Shown here: piece after piece, positions 9,198 through 18,484 of the stretch | Numbering within the stretch: the stretch's first letter is position 1 | How the letters are laid out: each line of letters begins with the position of its first letter | Assembly: GCA_050329975.1 (NCBI GenBank) | Contig: JBHJOG010000137.1 | Location: 1 to 38,904, forward strand | Direction: 5' to 3' | Length of the DNA: 38,904 nucleotides | Source of the DNA: Alphaproteobacteria bacterium | GTDB lineage: Bacteria; Pseudomonadota; Alphaproteobacteria; CALKHQ01 | Made by a program: the position numbers and the translations under genes | The notes under the pieces: generated by a model | The model's database searches: none | What the model was told of the DNA's origin: nothing | The model's input: the letters and a program-made list of their open reading frames with translations, nothing else

Positions 9198-10256
9198 TCA
9201 GAGTTGATGCACCTGGCCGTCGGCGTCGCTGACGAAGCAGAGGTCGAGCACCTTCTGCAGCTCGGCAGCGTGGCGGAAGCTGGGTTCGCCGTTGATGCCG
9301 GTCTTCACCGCGGTGACGAAGTCGTCGTAGACAAGCGGCACCTTCGGACAGTCGATGTCCCGCCAGGTCTGGGTGTGAATGTCGTCGCCCAGGCAGCCGC
9401 GCAGCGACGACACGTCGCTCTCGAACTTCACCTCCAGTCCGCCCAGCGTCCCGAACACAGAAATCTGCTTCGCATTGGCATAGCCGGTAGCGAAGCGGCT
9501 GGCGTGGATGGCGGCGAGCACCCCACCCTCCAACTCCAGCGACATCACGAAGCTGTCGTTCATGTCGAGCTCATAGTCGCCGATCCGGCCGCCCTCCGCC
9601 TTGACGAAGGTCTTCAGCCGGCAATGCACCGATGTCGGCTTCAGGCCGGCAATGTGGGAGGCGGTGTCGAGGATGTGGATGCCGATGTCGCCGAGCACGC
9701 CCTTGGAGCCATGGCGCCCGCTGAGCCGCCACAGCCAGCGCGGCTCCGTGCGCCAGTCGCCCCACTGTTTGCCGACCAGCCAGCTCTGCAGATAGGCGGC
9801 CTCGATGTGCCGGACCTCGCCGATCGCGCCCTCGGCGACCAGCTTCGCCGCCATCGCGATCTCCGGCACCGCCCGATAGCGCAGGTTGACCATGTTGATC
9901 AGCCCGCGGCTCTCCATGGCGTGGGTCATCTCCAACGCGTCGGCGTAGTTCTCGGCCAGCGGCTTCTCGCAGAACACATGCTTGCCAGCCTCGGCGAGGC
10001 GCAGCGTCGTCGCCCGGTGGACCGGGTCGGGCGTGACGTTGGCGCAGGCATCGAACGCGCCCCAGGCGATCGCCCGCTCCAGGTCGTGGAAGCCGACCCC
10101 GATCTTGTTGTGCTCGTTGAACATGGCCAGCCGGTCCGGATCCATGTCCACGCCGGCGACGATCTCGCAGTCGGAATTCTCGCCGAAGAACAGCACGTGG
10201 CGCTGAGCCATCGCGCCCGTGCCCAGGATCAGGACGCGGACAGGGCCACCGGTCAT
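9198..10256 (-). CDS. Gfo/Idh/MocA family oxidoreductase (ThuB-like)
   Basis: Internal ATG gives [20 protein letters not shown] (Rossmann GxGxxA). EKP motif present. Its start overlaps the ThuA stop by 4 nt. Confidence 0.75.
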   Translation of the reverse strand: MTGGPVRVLILGTGAMAQRHVLFFGENSDCEIVAGVDMDPDRLAMFNEHNKIGVGFHDLERAIAWGAFDACANVTPDPVHRATTLRLAEAGKHVFCEKPLAENYADALEMTHAMESRGLINMVNLRYRAVPEIAMAAKLVAEGAIGEVRHIEAAYLQSWLVGKQWGDWRTEPRWLWRLSGRHGSKGVLGDIGIHILDTASHIAGLKPTSVHCRLKTFVKAEGGRIGDYELDMNDSFVMSLELEGGVLAAIHASRFATGYANAKQISVFGTLGGLEVKFESDVSSLRGCLGDDIHTQTWRDIDCPKVPLVYDDFVTAVKTGINGEPSFRHAAELQKVLDLCFVSDADGQVHQL

Positions 10257-11035
10257 CGGTATCCCTCTTCGCCATCGGCGTGGAGCTTGGCGCCCTTGAC
10301 CGTCAGCGGCTCGAGCGCCCGCTCGACCGGCACGTTGGGCGCGGCGCCAATGTCGGCCCAGGCGGGCGCCGGGTTGCACGCCCAGTGCACCGCGTTGCGC
10401 AGCACCGTGGCGACGGTGACGTCGTAGTAGATCGGATAGGTCTCGTGACCGGGGCTGAAGTAGAAGATCCGGCCGCCCCCGCGCTGCCAGGTCATGCCGG
10501 AGCGGAACACCTCGCCGCCCTCGTACCAGGAGACGAATACGGTTTCCATCGGCTCGGGCACGTTGAACGGCTCGCCGTACATTTCCGTGTTCTCGATCTC
10601 GATCCGCTCATCCAGCCCCTGGGCGATCGGATGGTTGCGATTGATCACCCAGACCCGCTCGCGCTCGCCAGCCTCGCGCCACTTCAGTGAACAGGGGGTG
10701 CCCATCAGCGCCTTGAAGATCTTGGAGAAATGGCCGGAATGGAGCACGATCAGCCCCATCCCCTCCCACACCCGCTGGCGGACGCGCTCCACGATCGCGT
10801 CCAGGACGTCGCCATGGGCCTTGTGGCCCCACCAGAGCAGCACGTCGGTCTCCCGGAGGCGGGCTTCGGTCAGCCCATGCTCCGGCTGCTCGAGGGTCGC
10901 AGTCGTGGCGGAGATCCCGGGATCCTCACCCAGGACAGTCGCAATCCGGCCGTGGATGCCCTCGGGGTAGATCCCGGCCACGACCGGGTTGGTCCGTTCG
11001 TGCACATTCTCGTTCCAGACCAGAGCGCGGATCAT
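10253..11035 (-). CDS. ThuA family (trehalose-utilisation-like) protein
   Basis: 260 aa, [13 protein letters not shown]..., type-1 glutamine amidotransferase-like ThuA fold signature. Paired with the downstream Gfo/Idh/MocA gene as in thuAB. Confidence 0.75.
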   Translation of the reverse strand: MIRALVWNENVHERTNPVVAGIYPEGIHGRIATVLGEDPGISATTATLEQPEHGLTEARLRETDVLLWWGHKAHGDVLDAIVERVRQRVWEGMGLIVLHSGHFSKIFKALMGTPCSLKWREAGERERVWVINRNHPIAQGLDERIEIENTEMYGEPFNVPEPMETVFVSWYEGGEVFRSGMTWQRGGGRIFYFSPGHETYPIYYDVTVATVLRNAVHWACNPAPAWADIGAAPNVPVERALEPLTVKGAKLHADGEEGYR

Positions 11036-11124
11036 TGTCGGTGCTCCCTTTTCGGCAAATCGTCGTTAAGCAACTGGTGGTCGCCGGCGGCTATGATGCC
11101 GCACTGTCGGGCCGGGGGCCAATC

Positions 11125-12570
11125 ATGCGATATGCCTGGGTTCCCTCAACCTGGGACAGACCGCTCGAGACAGAGACGCAGGGGCGCGAAAGGCCGAATG
11201 CCGTGACAAAATCCCTGAAGAGCCGGTTCGTCAAGGGGCTGGGCGGACAGGCGGCGACACAGTCGGTCAACATCCTGATCCAGCTGTCGACGGTGCCGCT
11301 GCTGCTGCACTTCTGGGGACTGGAGCTGATGGGGGAATGGCTGGTGCTGACCGCCATCCCCGCCTACCTGATGCTCGGCGATCTCGGCTTCACCTCGGCT
11401 ACCATCAACGAGATGACCATGCAGGTCGCCCGCGACGACCGGCAAGGCGCCTTGGGCACTTTCCAGTCAAGCGGTGCAATGCTCGGCCTGCTGTCCGTGG
11501 CCCTGGTGGGAATCGGCGGGTTGTTCGCCTTGTTCGCGCCGATGGCCGACTGGTTCGGCTTCGTCCACCTCGACAATGACGAGGCCGGGATGGTGATCGC
11601 GATGCAGCTCGTGCTCATCGTCATGGGCATCCAGGTCGGCCTGATCAATGCCGGCTTCGTCTGTGAAGGCGCCTACGGACTCGGCACCGCGCTGATGGCC
11701 GGGATCTCCCTGACCAATTTCAGCCTGCTAGCCGGGGCCGTCGCCATCGGTTTCGGACCGGTCGGGGCGGCGGCGGCGCTGATCGTCGGAGAATTGGCGG
11801 GGCTGATAGTGATCCGACTGACGCTGCGCAGGGTGGCGCCCTGGCTCAGCTTCGGGTTCGCCATGGCCAGCCGGGCACGCGTGCGCCAGCTGCTCAAGCC
11901 GGCGCTCGGCTTCGTCGTGTATTCGGTCGGCCAGGCGCTGAACGTCCAGGGCATTCTGTTGGTGGTCGCGGCGGTGCTTGGGCCGGCTGCGGTCACCGCG
12001 TTCAATACCATGCGGATGATGACCCGGTTCGTGAACACGCTGCTCAGCGCGTATTACGGCACGGTCCGGCCGGAGATCTCCATCGCCTACGGGCGCGGCG
12101 ACATCGCGCTGATCCGCCGGTTGCACGGGATGGCCTGCCAGGTCGCGATCTGGCTGGCGGTCTGCGCGGCTGTGGGCTTCGCGACCATCGGCGACTGGGT
12201 CCTCGCACTGTGGACCCACGGCCAGGTCGCGCTGGACCCCTGGTTGCTGGCCGGGCTGATCGCGGCCATGCTGTTCTACGCGCTGTGGTTCGCGAGCTCG
12301 ATGGTGTTCTACGGCACCAGCCGGCATCACGGGCTGGCGCTGATGCTGGTGGCTACCAATGCGGTCTCGGTCGGAGTTGCCTATGTGCTGCTGGACCTGG
12401 TCGGGCTGCCCGGCGCAGGGATAGCCGCCGCGGCGGCCGAGTTCGCCATGCTGATTTACGTGGTGTGGCGCACCCTGCGCCTGCTCGACGAGTCGCTGGC
12501 GCAATGGCTGCGCACGGTGCTGCCGCCGCCGGTCAAGCTGGTCCGGCAGCTGATTCGGCGCAGCGGCTGA
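11125..12570 (+). CDS. polysaccharide/oligosaccharide flippase (Wzx/MOP superfamily)
   Basis: Multi-TM protein (12 to 14 helices) with an N-terminal K/R-rich segment typical of Wzx. Start uncertain: ATG at 11125, or an in-frame GTG further downstream, or the track start 11035. Confidence 0.65.
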   Translation: MRYAWVPSTWDRPLETETQGRERPNAVTKSLKSRFVKGLGGQAATQSVNILIQLSTVPLLLHFWGLELMGEWLVLTAIPAYLMLGDLGFTSATINEMTMQVARDDRQGALGTFQSSGAMLGLLSVALVGIGGLFALFAPMADWFGFVHLDNDEAGMVIAMQLVLIVMGIQVGLINAGFVCEGAYGLGTALMAGISLTNFSLLAGAVAIGFGPVGAAAALIVGELAGLIVIRLTLRRVAPWLSFGFAMASRARVRQLLKPALGFVVYSVGQALNVQGILLVVAAVLGPAAVTAFNTMRMMTRFVNTLLSAYYGTVRPEISIAYGRGDIALIRRLHGMACQVAIWLAVCAAVGFATIGDWVLALWTHGQVALDPWLLAGLIAAMLFYALWFASSMVFYGTSRHHGLALMLVATNAVSVGVAYVLLDLVGLPGAGIAAAAAEFAMLIYVVWRTLRLLDESLAQWLRTVLPPPVKLVRQLIRRSG

Positions 12571-12639
12571 CGTTGTGCTGGCGTCGCGCGGCACGGCGGG
12601 GTCATGGTGTATCCCTGAAGCAACCGCCCAGGCAGCCTG

Positions 12640-13821
12640 ATGGATTCAACGTCGCTCTACCTCGCCGGCACCAAGAAGATCGACTGGGCACGGGCCAACT
12701 GCCCGCTGCTCGGGCGGATCGCGGCCGGGTTCCGGGAGACGAAACCGTTCGCCGGGCTGACCATCGGCGTGTCTCTGCACATCGAAAAGAAGACCGCGGT
12801 CCTGTTCCAGACCCTGCAGGCCGGCGGCGCGCATGTCGTCGCCACCGGCAACCTCGGCACGACCCAGGACGATGTGGCTCTGGCGCTGAACACGCTCGGC
12901 ATCAAGGTCTACGGCAAGCGCGACGACACGCCCCACGAGCACCTCGACAACGTCCGCGAGGTGCTGCGCCACAAGCCCGACCTGCTGCTCGACAACGGCG
13001 CCGACCTGACCGCGCTGGCTGTCGGCGAGCCGGAGTTCCCGCTCGACTCCATCCGCGGCGGCACGGAGGAGACGACCTCCGGTGGGCATCGGATGCGCGA
13101 GGACCTGGCGGGTCGGATCCCGTTTCCGGTGATCGTCATCAACGACAGCCCGCTGAAGCTGATCGTCGAGAACAAGCACGGTGTCGGCCAGGGTGCGGTC
13201 GAGAGCTTCTACCGGATCACCAACCTGATGATCCAGGGCAAGCAGGTGGCGGTGCTGGGCTATGGCTGGGTCGGGCGCGGGATCGCCAAGTATTTCCGCG
13301 ACTTCGGCGCCCATGTCCAGGTGGTGGAGCCGGACCCGATCCGGGCGCTGGAGGCGGCGGTCGACGGCTTCCGGGTGGCGACGATCGATGCGGCGGTCGG
13401 GCGCGCCAGCGTGATCCTGACCGCCACCGGCCGGCCGAACGTGATCGCGGCCGCCCACTTCCCGCGGATGCGCGATGGCGTTGTCCTGGGGAATACCGGC
13501 CATTTCGATCATGAAATCGATACCGGCGCGTTGCGCGAGCAGGCGACGGCCCGCGAGGTGCTGGAGCCCGGGATCGAGCGATTCAGGCTGGAGAACGGCC
13601 GCCATGTGACGCTGCTGTGCGGCGGGCGGATGTACAATCTCGGCGGGGTCGAGGCCAAGGGCAACCCGATCGAGGTGATGGATATGGGCTTTGCCCTGCA
13701 GGCGCGCTCGCTGGAAGCGCTGGCGACCGGCAGCACCGGCCTGATCCCCGGTCCGCAGAGCCCGCCGCGGACGATCGACGAGAGCCTGGCGCGCGCAATG
13801 GTCGAGGTGATGATGGCCTGA
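12640..13821 (+). CDS. adenosylhomocysteinase-family protein, short (393-aa) form
   Basis: AhcY motifs SLHIEKKTAVL, TEETTSGGHRM, NAD-binding GKQVAVLGYGWVGRG, HFDHEID. About 70 aa shorter than canonical bacterial AhcY. Confidence 0.7.
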   Translation: MDSTSLYLAGTKKIDWARANCPLLGRIAAGFRETKPFAGLTIGVSLHIEKKTAVLFQTLQAGGAHVVATGNLGTTQDDVALALNTLGIKVYGKRDDTPHEHLDNVREVLRHKPDLLLDNGADLTALAVGEPEFPLDSIRGGTEETTSGGHRMREDLAGRIPFPVIVINDSPLKLIVENKHGVGQGAVESFYRITNLMIQGKQVAVLGYGWVGRGIAKYFRDFGAHVQVVEPDPIRALEAAVDGFRVATIDAAVGRASVILTATGRPNVIAAAHFPRMRDGVVLGNTGHFDHEIDTGALREQATAREVLEPGIERFRLENGRHVTLLCGGRMYNLGGVEAKGNPIEVMDMGFALQARSLEALATGSTGLIPGPQSPPRTIDESLARAMVEVMMA

Positions 13822-13843
13822 GGCCTGCCTGATCGGCAACGCA

Positions 13844-13871
13844 AAGGACGCCGGCCCGGGCCGGCGTCCTT
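13844..13871. terminator. bidirectional terminator; perfect 24-nt palindrome GGACGCCGGCCCGGGCCGGCGTCC flanked by A/T
   Basis: Read directly. Lies between convergent genes, the AhcY-like (+) and the secreted Cys-rich protein (-). Confidence 0.5.
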
Positions 13872-13904
13872 GTCCGAAACATCCCCGGTGTGGGGGCCGA
13901 GGGC

Positions 13905-14411
13905 TCAGCTGCGCGCGGCCGGTCCGCTCGGAGCGCTGCTGGCACCACCGCCGCTGCCGCCGCCGCTGCCGCCGGCTTCATTGCCGCCGTCATTGTCGGA
14001 ATTGTCGGTGCGGTCGTTCTCGACACCGATGTGGGCGCCGGGAGGGGGCAGCGCATCGGTGCAGCGCAGGTTCCAGGTGGGGCACTCGATCTCGACCGAC
14101 GGCGGCGGCGGGATGTCCACCTTCGGATCGGGGCCGGCAGCCGGCTCGATGCACGCCAGCGGATCGGCCTGGCAGGCCAGCAGCCGGGCAGTGGAAACCA
14201 TTTCCGGGCAACCGCGCAACTCGGGATCGCGCGCCATCTGGTCCAGGGCGGCGAAGTCGTTGTTCTCGACCGCCTCGGCGAACCGGGCCCAGTCATGGGC
14301 CATGCAGGAGTCGAACACCTGGTTCTCGGTCATGGCGTTGGCGGCGTTGGCGCTGGCCAGGAGTGCGAGCACGCTGGCGACGGAGGCGATCAGCTTCTTC
14401 GTGGTGGTCAT
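13905..14411 (-). CDS. secreted Cys-rich protein with Pro-rich linker and Gly/Ser/Asn/Asp-rich C-terminal tail
   Basis: Internal ATG gives MTTTKKLIASVASVLALLASANAANA (signal peptide). Eight Cys. Contains a CMAHD pentapeptide shared with the Ivy-like protein. Tail GGNEAGGSGGGSGGG. Confidence 0.5.
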   Translation of the reverse strand: MTTTKKLIASVASVLALLASANAANAMTENQVFDSCMAHDWARFAEAVENNDFAALDQMARDPELRGCPEMVSTARLLACQADPLACIEPAAGPDPKVDIPPPPSVEIECPTWNLRCTDALPPPGAHIGVENDRTDNSDNDGGNEAGGSGGGSGGGASSAPSGPAARS

Positions 14412-14715
14412 CGTCGTTTCCTGTCTCTTTCTTGTGCGGCACGGCTGCTGGGCGGCCGGCTGCGGTTGCAAGTCCGGGCCCGCCCTGCGGCTTCGGCCCT
14501 CACCCCGCCCGGCACCGCCGATCGGGCATGCAGCAAGAATGGGTTCACCACGTTTCAGCCCGATTGCGCGGGCAGAAGCGAAATTGTTTCAAATGTTGCA
14601 GCGTGGACGGGTTCGTGCACCCGCCTCCGTTTGCGAAATGCGTGGAGACGGCGCCTCTGCCGCAGCGTAATCTGCGGCCGCCGTGCGATCCGCGGCTTGG
14701 GGGAAGCGAGCGCCG

Positions 14716-17076
14716 ATGCGGCCGTTGTCGACTGTTCTATCGCGGCTGCGCCGCGACACGAGGAAAGATGGCCGTCTGGAGCCGGACGGCTGGGCGAGGC
14801 GGAATCAGCTCGCCGAGGCGCTGGACACCATCTCCGACGGCTTCGCGCTGCTCGACCGCGAGGACCGGTTCGTGCTGATCAACGCCAATTTCCGCACGAT
14901 GTACAGCAGCGTGGCCGACGCGCTGGTCCCCGGCGCCCGCTATCGCGATTTCGTCGAGCGGCTGGCGATGACCGGCGAGGTGCCCGAGGCCGCGGGCCGG
15001 ATCGAGGCCTTTGTCCAGGAGCGGATCGATGCACTGCACGACCTGGGCAGGCATCTCGAATACCGCACCCTGCGCGGCCGCTGGATCAGGCTCGCCAACT
15101 TCCACACCGCCGACGGCGGCACCGTCTGCGTGCGCACCGACATCACCGAGCTGAGGAGCCGGGAACAGGCCCTGCAGGAAAGCGAGGAGCGGTTCCGGCG
15201 CCTCTCGGAGATCACCCATGAGGCCGTGCTGATCCTGGAGAACGGGATCATCCTCGACTTCAATTCCGCGCTGGTCTCCCTGACCGGCTATGCACCGGAG
15301 GATCTGAAGGGCAAGAGCACGCTTGAGCTGCTGGCGCCGGAGTTCCGCGACTTCGCGGCCGAACGCATCGCTACCCGCGACGAGCGCCCCTATGAAGCGA
15401 TCGGCCTGCGTGCGGACGGCAGCCGGCTGCCGGTGGAGCTCAACTTCCGCCACGTCACCCATGACGGCGAAGTGCTGCGGGTTGTCTCGGTGCGCGACCT
15501 GCGCGAACGGCGGCAGGCCGAGCAGGCGATCCGCGACAACGAGGCGCGGATGCGCGCGATCGTGGAGGCGGCGCTCGACGCAATCGTCACCATCGACGCG
15601 TCCGGCGCGATCCTGGAGTTCAACTCGGCAGCCGAGCGGATCTTCGGCTATCGGCGCGAAGAGGTGCTGGGCAAGCCGGTCGGTGACACCATCGTGCCGC
15701 CTGCCCAGCGCGAAGCGCACCGGACGGGCATGGCGCGCTACCTCGCCACCAACGCGCCGCGGCTGATCGGCCAGCGCAATGAGCTCGACGCATTGCGGGC
15801 CGACGGCTCGACCTTCCCCGCCGAGCTGACGATGACCGAACTCAAGCTCGGCGAGCGGCAGCTGTTCACTGCCTTCATCCGCGACCTGACCGAGGCGAGG
15901 CGGCTGGAGCAGGAGATGGGTCAACAGCGGGAGCGGCTGCATCAGAGCGAGAAACTGGGCGCACTCGGCTCCCTGCTCGCCGGGGTCGCCCACGAGCTCA
16001 ACAATCCGCTGTCGGTGGTGGTCGCCCAGGCCACCCTGCTCGAAGAGACTGCTACCGATGAGAAGATCGCCGCGCGCGGCGTCCGCATCCGCAATGCCGC
16101 CGAGCGCTGCGCCAAGATCGTCCGCACCTTCCTGGCCATGGCACGCCAACGGCCGCAGCAGCGAAAGCTGGTTCGGATCGGCGAGACGGTAGCGGACGCG
16201 CTCGGTCTGCTGAGCTACGGCCTGCGCACCAGCAGCATCTCGGTCAGCTGCGACCTGCCCGAGGACCTGCCGGAGATCTGGGCCGACGGCGACCAGGTCA
16301 ACCAGGTGCTGACCAACCTGATCGTCAACGCCCAGCAGGCGATGGCCGACATCCCCGGCGAGCGCCGGCTGGTGATCGCCGCCCGGCACGAGCCCGATGC
16401 CGCGCTGGTCCGCATCGAGGTGCGCGACAGCGGGATCGGCGTCGCGCCCACGATCCGGCCGCGGATCTTCGATCCGTTCTTCACCACCAAGCCGACCGGC
16501 ATCGGCACCGGCGTCGGCCTGTCGGTGTGCCACGGCATCGTCACCTCGCACGGGGGCGCGATCACGGTCGACGACGCGCCGGAAGGCGGGGCCCGGTTCG
16601 TGGTCGAGCTGCCGGTCGGCGCGCCCGACGCGGCCCCGGCGCCGGCTGCGGAGCCGGCGTCCCCCGCCGCCGCAGCCGACCGCCGGGTGCTGGTCGTCGA
16701 CGACGAGGCCGAGATCGCCTCGACACTGGCCGAAATCCTGGTGCTGGACGGGCTCGCGGTCGATGTCGCCGAGAGCGGCGAGGCGGCGCTGCACCGGATC
16801 GCGAGCCGGTCTTACGACGCGATTCTCAGCGACCTGAGGATGCCGGGGCTCGACGGGCCGGCGCTCTATGGCCGGCTGGACCGGGAGCGGCCGGACCTTG
16901 CCCGGCGGATGATCATCGTCACCGGCGACACCCTCAACCCCGCCGCTCAGACCTTCCTGGCCCGGTCCGGCCTGCCCTGCCTCGAGAAGCCGTTCGATCC
17001 CGCAGACGTCCGCCGCGTGGTCGGCGAAGTGCTGGCCTCACGGGACCATCAATGCGAGCCCGGCACGAACATGTAG
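14716..17076 (+). CDS. cytoplasmic hybrid sensor histidine kinase (3x PAS - HisKA - HATPase_c - REC)
   Basis: No TM. Three PAS-like repeats. H-box HELNNPLSVV, G-box GIGTGVGLSV, and a C-terminal receiver with RVLVVDDE...D...K. Confidence 0.8.
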   Translation: MRPLSTVLSRLRRDTRKDGRLEPDGWARRNQLAEALDTISDGFALLDREDRFVLINANFRTMYSSVADALVPGARYRDFVERLAMTGEVPEAAGRIEAFVQERIDALHDLGRHLEYRTLRGRWIRLANFHTADGGTVCVRTDITELRSREQALQESEERFRRLSEITHEAVLILENGIILDFNSALVSLTGYAPEDLKGKSTLELLAPEFRDFAAERIATRDERPYEAIGLRADGSRLPVELNFRHVTHDGEVLRVVSVRDLRERRQAEQAIRDNEARMRAIVEAALDAIVTIDASGAILEFNSAAERIFGYRREEVLGKPVGDTIVPPAQREAHRTGMARYLATNAPRLIGQRNELDALRADGSTFPAELTMTELKLGERQLFTAFIRDLTEARRLEQEMGQQRERLHQSEKLGALGSLLAGVAHELNNPLSVVVAQATLLEETATDEKIAARGVRIRNAAERCAKIVRTFLAMARQRPQQRKLVRIGETVADALGLLSYGLRTSSISVSCDLPEDLPEIWADGDQVNQVLTNLIVNAQQAMADIPGERRLVIAARHEPDAALVRIEVRDSGIGVAPTIRPRIFDPFFTTKPTGIGTGVGLSVCHGIVTSHGGAITVDDAPEGGARFVVELPVGAPDAAPAPAAEPASPAAAADRRVLVVDDEAEIASTLAEILVLDGLAVDVAESGEAALHRIASRSYDAILSDLRMPGLDGPALYGRLDRERPDLARRMIIVTGDTLNPAAQTFLARSGLPCLEKPFDPADVRRVVGEVLASRDHQCEPGTNM

Positions 17077-17762
17077 CCGGCGCCGCGCACGGTCTTGATG
17101 ATCTGCGGCTTCGACGGATCGCTCTCGATCTTGCGACGGATGCGGGTGATGCGGATGTCGATGCTGCGGTCGAATGGGTCCCATTCGGCGTTGTGGGCCA
17201 TGTCGAGCAGCTGGTCGCGGTTCAGCACCCGGTTCGGATGCTGGGCGAAGGCCTTCAGTAGGTCGAACTCCATCGCGGTCAGCGGGATGTCCTTGCCGTC
17301 GCCGCAGAGCTTGTGGGCGTCGAGGTCGAGCTCGAAGCGGCCGAAGCGGATGGTCCTGGCACTGACCTGCATCGCCGGCACCGGCGCGGTGGAGATCCGG
17401 CGCAGCAGGCTCTTCACCCGGGCCAGCAGCTCGCGCAGATCGAACGGCTTGATCATGTAGTCGTCCGCGCCGACCTCATAGCCGACGATGCGGTCGACCA
17501 CCTCGCCCGAGGCGGTGAGCATCATGATGCCGATGCCCCCCTTCTCGCGCAGGAAGCGGGCGAGCGAGATACCGTCCTCGCCCGGCATGCGCAAATCGAG
17601 GATGACGAGGTCGATCGGCTTCCGCCCGGCGACGATCTCGCGCAGCGCCGGCCCACCGTCGGCCGTCGTCACCTCGAAGCCGTGCAGGACCAGATACTCC
17701 GCCACCGAGTCGCGGATCTCCGACTCATCGTCGACCACCACTACATGCGGTATGTGTGCCAT
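17049..17762 (-). CDS. OmpR-family response regulator (REC + winged-helix)
   Basis: MAHIPHVVVVDDESEIRD, D-box LVILDLRMPGEDG, and a C-terminal winged helix ending TVRGAGYMF. The 3' end overlaps the kinase 3' end by 28 nt (convergent). Confidence 0.85.
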   Translation of the reverse strand: MAHIPHVVVVDDESEIRDSVAEYLVLHGFEVTTADGGPALREIVAGRKPIDLVILDLRMPGEDGISLARFLREKGGIGIMMLTASGEVVDRIVGYEVGADDYMIKPFDLRELLARVKSLLRRISTAPVPAMQVSARTIRFGRFELDLDAHKLCGDGKDIPLTAMEFDLLKAFAQHPNRVLNRDQLLDMAHNAEWDPFDRSIDIRITRIRRKIESDPSKPQIIKTVRGAGYMFVPGSH

Positions 17763-17873
17763 GCCCCTGCCCCCACGCGGAAACGCGGCACAAGCATGCG
17801 TATCGGGCGCGGGCCGGGCAACAGCTTTGTAATGTGCCGGCCAAGTGCCTCCGCCCGGTCAAGGCGGAACGGA

Positions 17874-18383
17874 CTACTCCGCGGCGGCGCGCCTCGGCAG
17901 CTTCCAGTCGGGGCGGACGAAGTGGCAGGTGTAGCCTCCGGGCCGGCGCAGCAGGTAGTCCTGGTGCTCGGGCTCGGCCTCCCAGAACGGGCCGGCCGGC
18001 TCCAGTTCGGTCACCACCTTGCCGGGCCACAGCCCGGAGGCGTCGACGTCGGCGATGGTGTCCTCGGCGATCCGGCGCTGGTCGTCGTCGAGGTAGTAGA
18101 TGGCCGAGCGGTAGCTGGTTCCGACGTCGCCGCCCTGGCGGTTCTTCGTGGTCGGGTCATGGATCTGGAAAAAGAACTCCAGGATGGCGCGGTAGCTTGT
18201 CTTCGCCGGGTCGAACACGATCTCGATCGCCTCGGCATGGGTGCCGTGGTTGCGATAGGTCGCGTTCGCCACATCGCCCCCGCTGTAGCCGACGCGGGTC
18301 GAGACCACGCCCGGCCAGCGGCGGATCAGGTCCTGCATGCCCCAGAAGCAGCCCCCGGCCAGCACGGCCTTCTCGACTGTCAT
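17874..18383 (-). CDS. msrA: peptide-methionine (S)-S-oxide reductase MsrA
   Basis: Internal ATG gives [17 protein letters not shown] (GCFWG active site). 169 aa. Confidence 0.9.
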   Translation of the reverse strand: MTVEKAVLAGGCFWGMQDLIRRWPGVVSTRVGYSGGDVANATYRNHGTHAEAIEIVFDPAKTSYRAILEFFFQIHDPTTKNRQGGDVGTSYRSAIYYLDDDQRRIAEDTIADVDASGLWPGKVVTELEPAGPFWEAEPEHQDYLLRRPGGYTCHFVRPDWKLPRRAAAE

Positions 18384-18484
18384 GACGATGTCCTCCAGCT
18401 GTTCGCCCGAAAGATGGGGCGCGGGCGATACTTTGTCGAGACGGTGGGATGGGCCGTCCCGCGCATGCGGGACGGCCCCAGGTC

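Noticed and set aside
12646-13839. 397-aa ORF antisense to the AhcY-like gene
   Set aside because: Same reasoning; the sense-strand frame carries the AhcY motifs.
14737-16794. 685-aa ORF antisense to the hybrid histidine kinase
   Set aside because: It is the mirror-frame ORF of a gene with clear HisKA, HATPase and REC motifs, and has no motifs of its own.
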